A DNA stretch of 64,000 nucleotides from Bacteroidota bacterium (GTDB taxonomy: Bacteria; Bacteroidota; Bacteroidia; NS11-12g; UBA9320): positions 178,684-242,683 of the forward strand of contig WGNA01000005.1 in the NCBI GenBank assembly GCA_016124755.1, in the 5' to 3' direction. Below, one piece after another: positions 58,528 through 64,000 of this stretch. The notes beneath the pieces are model-generated. The model ran no database searches and was not told where the DNA came from. It saw only the letters and a program-made list of their open reading frames with translations. The translations under genes were made by a program, and so were the position numbers. The first letter of the stretch is position 1, and every line of letters starts with the position of its first letter.

Positions 58528-58621
58528 GTCGATCTACTTCGGATATTAAATTACTGCTCTTCATTCAGAGGTTCGCTTCTCTGTTATGAAGTTTATTGTT
58601 TAAATCTTATCCCCGATAAAA

Positions 58622-59248
58622 ATGACCATAACCCGCTTTTTATGGTTGAGTGCGATTTTAATAATTATCACTTTCGTGCTTTGGGGTGAAAGCCTTGAAC
58701 ATTCGTTTGAAATCTGGTTAAGCCGGAACCGGGATGAGCCGGGCATGTTTTCTTTTGTCTCCTTTCTCGTGTTGGTTTCAGACATTTTTTTACCAGTTCC
58801 ATCCAGTGTTGTAATGTTTCTGAATGGAAATGTTCTTGGATTTTACAAAGGGTTTGCGCTATCTCTCAGTTCCTGCATGATTGGCTCGCTGGTGGGGTAT
58901 TATTTCGGAAAATTATTTAATCCGGACCTTTCCAGTTCCTCAAATCAAAAGGCAAAAAAAATTATTCACCGGTATGGTGATTACATAGTTCTGATCACCC
59001 GGGGAATTCCGATTATTTCGGAAAGTGTTTGTGTGGTATCTGGGTATGCAAGGGTTCCGGCACCCCGTTTCTTCGCATTGAGTTTTCTGGGATATTTACC
59101 GGTTTGTGCTTTATACGCATGGTTCGGAAATCTCTCACAAGACAAAAATGTATTTCTGATTTCTTTTTTAATCAGTGTTTTGTTTGCCGGAATATTAATG
59201 TTGGCGGGAAGAGGATTGAACCGGAAAGAGCAATCAGATCGAAGCTGA
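58622..59248 (+). CDS. DedA/VTT (SNARE-associated) family membrane protein
   Basis: DIFLPVPSS, GSLVGYYFG, RGIPIISE. Confidence 0.85.
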   Translation: MTITRFLWLSAILIIITFVLWGESLEHSFEIWLSRNRDEPGMFSFVSFLVLVSDIFLPVPSSVVMFLNGNVLGFYKGFALSLSSCMIGSLVGYYFGKLFNPDLSSSSNQKAKKIIHRYGDYIVLITRGIPIISESVCVVSGYARVPAPRFFALSFLGYLPVCALYAWFGNLSQDKNVFLISFLISVLFAGILMLAGRGLNRKEQSDRS

Positions 59249-59255
59249 TTTCTGT

Positions 59256-60020
59256 TCAGGATTTCTTGGCCTTTTCCCAGATCGCATCCATTTCTTCAAG
59301 CGTCATCGACTGTAGTGCAATTCCCTGCTGCTTGGCGAAAGATTCAATAGCTTCAAATCTTCTGCGAAATTTTTTGTTTGTGGCTTCGAGTGCATCGTCG
59401 GGATTGATGTTGTTCCATCGGGCGTAATTCACCAACGAAAAAAGAAGATCCCCGAATTCGTTCTGCTGCTCCTGCCCTTGCGCCTCTTTGAATTCATTCA
59501 GTTCTTCTTCAACTTTATCCCACACATCTGATTTAGCCGGCCAATCGAAACCGACCTGCGCTGCCTTTTCCTGCATCCTCATCGACTTCACAAGACTCGG
59601 CATAGAATTCGGAACACCCGAAAGCACCGATTTTTTCCCTTTACTTTCTGCTTGCTTGATTTGTTCCCAGTTGCGTTTTACGGCATCAGGATTTTCGGCG
59701 ATCACATCTCCGTATATATGCGGATGCCTCCGAATGAGTTTTTCACAGATGCCGTTGAGTACATCTGAAATATCAAAGTGGTTGGTTTCACTTGCGATTT
59801 TAGAATAGAAAACTAAGTGAAGGGCGAGATCTCCCAGTTCCTTTTTTATCTCCTCCATATCTTCATTGAGAATGGCGTCTGAGAGTTCATAGGTTTCCTC
59901 AATTGTGAGGTGACGAATAGATTCTATTGTTTGTTCGCGATCCCACGGACATTTGGCCCGCAAGTCGTCCATGATGTTCAGCAGGCGCTCAAAAGCCGCC
60001 AGCCGCGGATCGTTTTGCAT
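59256..60020 (-). CDS. mazG: Nucleoside triphosphate pyrophosphohydrolase MazG
   Basis: LRAKCPWDREQT, EE.YE, ELGD, KLIRRHPHIYG, EFGDLLFS. Confidence 0.96.
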   Translation of the reverse strand: MQNDPRLAAFERLLNIMDDLRAKCPWDREQTIESIRHLTIEETYELSDAILNEDMEEIKKELGDLALHLVFYSKIASETNHFDISDVLNGICEKLIRRHPHIYGDVIAENPDAVKRNWEQIKQAESKGKKSVLSGVPNSMPSLVKSMRMQEKAAQVGFDWPAKSDVWDKVEEELNEFKEAQGQEQQNEFGDLLFSLVNYARWNNINPDDALEATNKKFRRRFEAIESFAKQQGIALQSMTLEEMDAIWEKAKKS

Positions 60021-60023
60021 GGT

Positions 60024-60734
60024 TCAAAGAACGTTGTTGTCCTTCATTAATTCCATGAAATGATCTTTGTAATTCTTCCCGATCGGCAATTTGTTTCCGT
60101 CGATTTCCACTTCAGAAGAATTGTAGGATTGAACGTGTTTTAAACCTACTATAAAGGAGCGGTGAATTCGGCAAAATTTTTCGGCCGGAAGTTTCTTCTC
60201 CATATTTTTCATGGTCTGGAGAGTTACAATTCTTTTTTCCGGGATAAATATTTTCACGTAATCGGCAAAAGCTTCAACATATTTAATGTCGTCGTAACTC
60301 ACCTTAATAAGTTTCTGGTTCGCTTTAACGAAAATGTGTTCGTCTTCCAACTCAGAATTTTCAACCTCATTACCGTTTTTGAGTTGGTAATATTCTTTGG
60401 CTTTCGCAACAGCCTTGTTAAACCGATCGAGTGAGATGGGTTTAAGCAAATAGTCTATGGCGTCGAGTTCGAAACCTTCAACTGCATATTCTGCATACGC
60501 GGTGGTGAAGACTAATAGCGGTGGATTTGTAAGTGTTTTCACGAATTCTATTCCCGTTACTTCCGGCATTTGAATATCAATAAAAATCAAATCAACCTGA
60601 TGGTTCTTGAGAACTTCTGATGCTTCAATCGCATTGCTGCAACGGGCAACCAGTTCCAGTTCCGGGTGAGATTTAAGATGCGATTCCAGAACATCAAGAG
60701 CCAAAGGTTCGTCGTCAACGATCAGACATTTCAT
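60024..60734 (-). CDS. LytTR family response regulator
   Basis: VDDEPLA, DIQMP, FTTAY, DYLLKP, RIHRSFIV. Confidence 0.95.
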   Translation of the reverse strand: MKCLIVDDEPLALDVLESHLKSHPELELVARCSNAIEASEVLKNHQVDLIFIDIQMPEVTGIEFVKTLTNPPLLVFTTAYAEYAVEGFELDAIDYLLKPISLDRFNKAVAKAKEYYQLKNGNEVENSELEDEHIFVKANQKLIKVSYDDIKYVEAFADYVKIFIPEKRIVTLQTMKNMEKKLPAEKFCRIHRSFIVGLKHVQSYNSSEVEIDGNKLPIGKNYKDHFMELMKDNNVL

Positions 60735-60768
60735 ATCGGTAAATTTTTATAGTATTTAATTTTATAAT

Positions 60769-61824
60769 TCAGGCAGCGGCATCAAGTTGTAATCTGAGAT
60801 CAACCGAATACTCCTGCTCATTATCTTCTATTTTCAAAATGTGTTTATTCGGGTACAACAGATCCAGGCGTTTCCGGATATTGGTTAATCCGATCCCTCC
60901 CGGTTCGTTCTTAGGCGCAATGGATGTCTTCGGTGGTTTCGAATTTTGAATCTGAAAATGAAGATTTTGCTCATCAACATCCATTTTAACATTCACATAA
61001 CCCGAAGAAGTTTTTTGCTGAATACCATGTTTGAAACTGTTCTCCAAAAAGGTGAGAAACAACATAGGAGCAACCTGTTTCCCTCCGACATTTCCATTTA
61101 TATCGAATGAGATTTTTAATCGTTCGCCGTTGCGGATCTGTTCGAGATCGAGATAGTTTCGGAGGTAACTGATTTCTTTTTCCAGCGAAACCCATCGTTC
61201 TCCGCCATCGTATAAGACATATCGCAAAATATCCGAAAGTTTAAGAACCAACTCCGGAGCTTTGTCTGATTTGGTCAGCGTTAATGCATACAAACTGTTC
61301 AGACTGTTAAACAGGAAATGCGGATTGATCTGAGACTTGAGATATTTAAGTTCTGTCTCCATGTTAATCCGCTCAAGATTCTGAGTTACCCTTTCCCTTT
61401 CGTACCACTGTTTTACCAACTTCAGAGACAGTGTAATGGCTAATGTGTAACTTACACTAAGCATCATAGGGAGAAAATACTTCTGTTCCCAAGGGTTTCT
61501 CAGGTTACCGAAATAATTAAAGTTAACCGAATAGATGGTCATCATCCACATCAGTCCGGCAAGGATTACCGTGAGCAAAACCGCAACTATGTATGAAAAA
61601 TAAAGCTTCTGAAGTAGAAGCTTATTGAATAGAATGTAAATATTAAAGTAGGATGCAACGCCGTGAATACTGATGGTGATAAAAGAATTAACTAACGACG
61701 CTTTAAGGCTGAGTTCGGTGTGAAAGAAGATTGTCCAAAAGATGAAGTAGGACAACCAGAATAAAATGTGATGTAGTTTAAGGTCTGAACTTTTTTGGTA
61801 CCAGGAGGTATTGACTAATGACAT
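60769..61824 (-). CDS. LytS-type sensor histidine kinase
   Basis: TM helices; LKSQINPHFLFNSLN; ENSFKHG; GIGL.NIRKRL. Confidence 0.95.
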   Translation of the reverse strand: MSLVNTSWYQKSSDLKLHHILFWLSYFIFWTIFFHTELSLKASLVNSFITISIHGVASYFNIYILFNKLLLQKLYFSYIVAVLLTVILAGLMWMMTIYSVNFNYFGNLRNPWEQKYFLPMMLSVSYTLAITLSLKLVKQWYERERVTQNLERINMETELKYLKSQINPHFLFNSLNSLYALTLTKSDKAPELVLKLSDILRYVLYDGGERWVSLEKEISYLRNYLDLEQIRNGERLKISFDINGNVGGKQVAPMLFLTFLENSFKHGIQQKTSSGYVNVKMDVDEQNLHFQIQNSKPPKTSIAPKNEPGGIGLTNIRKRLDLLYPNKHILKIEDNEQEYSVDLRLQLDAAA

Positions 61825-61852
61825 CTGATTTCACATGCTCCCTGACTTGTTG

Positions 61853-62089
61853 TCAGTTTTGCGTAGCTTCCTTTTTAAAATATTCTAAAAGAGAAAATCC
61901 CCAGTTGAGCGTTTGCCATCCTTTGTCTACCATTGAAGTTTGTTCCGTTCCTGATTTAATGTTGGATTGTTCCGGCACCTTAGAGAAGTAATTGTGCGCA
62001 AGACTTATCAGTAACAAATTGGCCAACAACAACAAACCCAGAATTCTGAGAGCGGTTTTATTTTGTGAGGTTAGGATCAGCTTTTTCAT
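61853..62089 (-). CDS. Small membrane-anchored hypothetical protein, first gene of the HK-LytTR-mazG operon
   Basis: MKKLIL start, one TM helix, 28-bp gap to the kinase gene. Confidence 0.55.
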   Translation of the reverse strand: MKKLILTSQNKTALRILGLLLLANLLLISLAHNYFSKVPEQSNIKSGTEQTSMVDKGWQTLNWGFSLLEYFKKEATQN

Positions 62090-62250
62090 ACTCGAATATT
62101 TACAGGCAATCGGAATCAATCATTATGCCTTTCAATATTGGTTGTACGAATGTAGACTAAAATAGTTTCAAAAAATTTTTAATAGACTAACCAAATTAAT
62201 CCACCGATAAGAATTAAAAGTGCCGATCAGAAAGCGATAAAGAAACACTT

Positions 62251-62258
62251 TACCTTTG
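62251..62258 (+). promoter_or_regulatory. Bacteroidota -7 promoter element (TACCTTTG)
   Basis: 17 bp upstream of ATG 62276. Confidence 0.6.
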
Positions 62259-62275
62259 AGCCTTGTTAAAAAGAT

Positions 62276-62482
62276 ATGGTACAACTCGTATTAATTCTGA
62301 TTCTTTTGGGGCTTGCAATTTTGGCGATGGGTGTTCGGATGTTGTTCATCAAAGGTTCTGAAATGCGGGCTGGTTGTGCCGGTAAAAACCCGATGCTTCA
62401 GGAAGAAGGAGTTGCTTGCGGAATTTGTGGTGCCAAGCCAGGAGAAGTATGCAAATCTGACGACAAGACGGAAACCGCCTAA
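62276..62482 (+). CDS. Small membrane protein with Cys-rich tail, NqrM-like
   Basis: One TM helix then GCAG...ACGICG...C; adjacent to apbE and nqrF. Confidence 0.6.
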   Translation: MVQLVLILILLGLAILAMGVRMLFIKGSEMRAGCAGKNPMLQEEGVACGICGAKPGEVCKSDDKTETA

Positions 62483-63501
62483 AAACCAAACCGGATAATA
62501 TCCTGATCGGTAAGACCTGTAATCAGTACTGCTTTTACGCCTTTTGTTTTTGCCAACATCTCAACAGATTGCTTCGATCCTAAAACCATACATGCGGTTG
62601 CCAGTGCATCTGCTTCGGCACAGGTCGGTGCCATTATCGTAGCACTTAAAATATCACTTTCGGTCGGATAGCCTGTTCTCGGATCAACCGTGTGAGAGTA
62701 TTTCTTTCCATTCAGGTAATAATAATTCCTGTAGTTTCCGGATGTGGCCATGGATTCATTATCAAGATTTACAGTTGTGATAAAATCATCGGGTGATGAA
62801 TTTTCCTCCGGTTTGTTAATACCGATTCTCCAGACTCCTCCATTTGGATTAACCCCTTCTGCTCTCACTTCGCCTCCAATCTCAACCATTAGATTTTTAA
62901 TTCCGGAATTTTTGAGAGCTTCAAATACCTTGTCAACTCCGTACCCTTTCGCTACCGCATTAAAATTAACACTTTGCTCTTTAGCTGATTTGTGAAAAGG
63001 CCTGAAACGAATACTATCAAATCCGACCTCAGTTAAAACTGAATCAATTACCATTTTTTCGGGGAGAACACTACGCTTCTTTTCCGCAAAACCCCAGATT
63101 CTGAACAAAGGTGAAGCTGCCGGATCAAAAGCACCCCTGCTCAGGTAATAGCACTTTTGGGAAATGTTCCAAACATTTTGGAAGTGAATTTCCAATTCAG
63201 AATCTCCGGTAGTTTGAACAAATTCTCCGTTTTCCGAATCATTAAAACGCGAAATGAAAGAAGTGGGAATGTAAGTAGAAAGGGAAGCATTAATTATTTG
63301 AAGTGTTGAATCAACCACAACTTGCATCTTGTCCATTTCTGAACCTTCGAGTGTGATATGATAGGTAGTGCCCATCGTTTCACCCTCAAGCTTAATCCAT
63401 TTCGAAACGGTATTTGCCGGCTTACAAGCACCGAAAAAAAATATTCCAAATAAAAAGGTCGCTACCCAAAGGGAAACGACCTCATTACATTTAATCTTCA
63501 T
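62479..63501 (-). CDS. apbE: FAD:protein FMN transferase ApbE (lipoprotein)
   Basis: GETMGT, GAFDP, NAVAKGYGVD, VEIGGE, ATSGNYRN, H..DPRTG, ADALATA. Confidence 0.93.
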   Translation of the reverse strand: MKIKCNEVVSLWVATFLFGIFFFGACKPANTVSKWIKLEGETMGTTYHITLEGSEMDKMQVVVDSTLQIINASLSTYIPTSFISRFNDSENGEFVQTTGDSELEIHFQNVWNISQKCYYLSRGAFDPAASPLFRIWGFAEKKRSVLPEKMVIDSVLTEVGFDSIRFRPFHKSAKEQSVNFNAVAKGYGVDKVFEALKNSGIKNLMVEIGGEVRAEGVNPNGGVWRIGINKPEENSSPDDFITTVNLDNESMATSGNYRNYYYLNGKKYSHTVDPRTGYPTESDILSATIMAPTCAEADALATACMVLGSKQSVEMLAKTKGVKAVLITGLTDQDIIRFGF

Positions 63502-63510
63502 TAGTTTATG

Positions 63511-64000
63511 TTAACCACCGAAATCATCGAATGATACGTTTTCGGGAGGTACACCCCAATCGTCGCACATTTTAAGAACGGCTTGATTCATCATTGGAGG
63601 TCCGCAGAAATAAAACTCAATATCTTCCGGAGCATCGTGCTTCGACAGATACTGGTCAATTACCGCCTGATGCACAAATCCGGTGAATCCGTCACCTTCT
63701 GTGTCGTTCACATCCTTCTTCACCTTCCAGTTATCTTCCGGTAGCGGTTCAGACAAAACAATAAAGAATTTAAAGTTGGGGAATTCTTTTTCAATTTTAC
63801 GGAAGTGATCCACGTAGAAAAGCTCTCGTTTTGAACGACCACCATACCAGTAGGTAACTTTTCGATTCGTCTTTAATGTGTGAAACAGATGGAACAAATG
63901 TGATCGCATCGGTGCCATTCCCGCACCTCCTCCGATGTAGAGCATTTCTGCATCCGTTTCCTTAATAAAGAACTCTCCGTAAGGGCCTGAGATCGTTACT
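63511..64000 (-). CDS. nqrF: Na+-translocating NADH:quinone reductase subunit F (3' part; runs off the window edge)
   Basis: [11 protein letters not shown]...[33 protein letters not shown]. Confidence 0.95.
   Translation of the reverse strand, partial: VTISGPYGEFFIKETDAEMLYIGGGAGMAPMRSHLFHLFHTLKTNRKVTYWYGGRSKRELFYVDHFRKIEKEFPNFKFFIVLSEPLPEDNWKVKKDVNDTEGDGFTGFVHQAVIDQYLSKHDAPEDIEFYFCGPPMMNQAVLKMCDDWGVPPENVSFDDFGG

Noticed and set aside
51220-59250. Integrative element at tRNA-Leu
   Set aside because: No integrase and no duplicated tRNA 3' end (att site) were seen; island status is only suggested by position.

Overview
This 64-kb window looks like chromosomal DNA from a Bacteroidota bacterium: it has T9SS C-terminal sorting domains, TAnnTTTG promoters and A-rich translation starts without Shine-Dalgarno sites. 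Most of it is housekeeping and envelope genes: secA, murF, mutS, ppk1/ppx, mazG, a LytS/LytTR pair, apbE, partial nqrF, three tRNAs, several T9SS cargo proteins, and a TonB receptor with phoD. I found no CRISPR array, prophage, integrase or intact IS. Two accessory loci stand out. (1) A ~7.2-kb five-gene block right after tRNA-Gly/tRNA-Leu (51330-58527) encodes a cytoplasmic S53 protease coupled to a putative ABBA-type prenyltransferase, a 7TMR-DISM adenylate cyclase receptor coupled to a truncated VioB/RebD-like heme enzyme, and a divergent 85-aa peptide ending in ...YDH...HNW. It is a candidate novel RiPP or peptide-pheromone system. (2) An rtcB operon with a GNAT-like partner gene sits behind what looks like a two-stage leader-peptide attenuator. 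Family assignments come from motifs recognised by eye; no searches were run.
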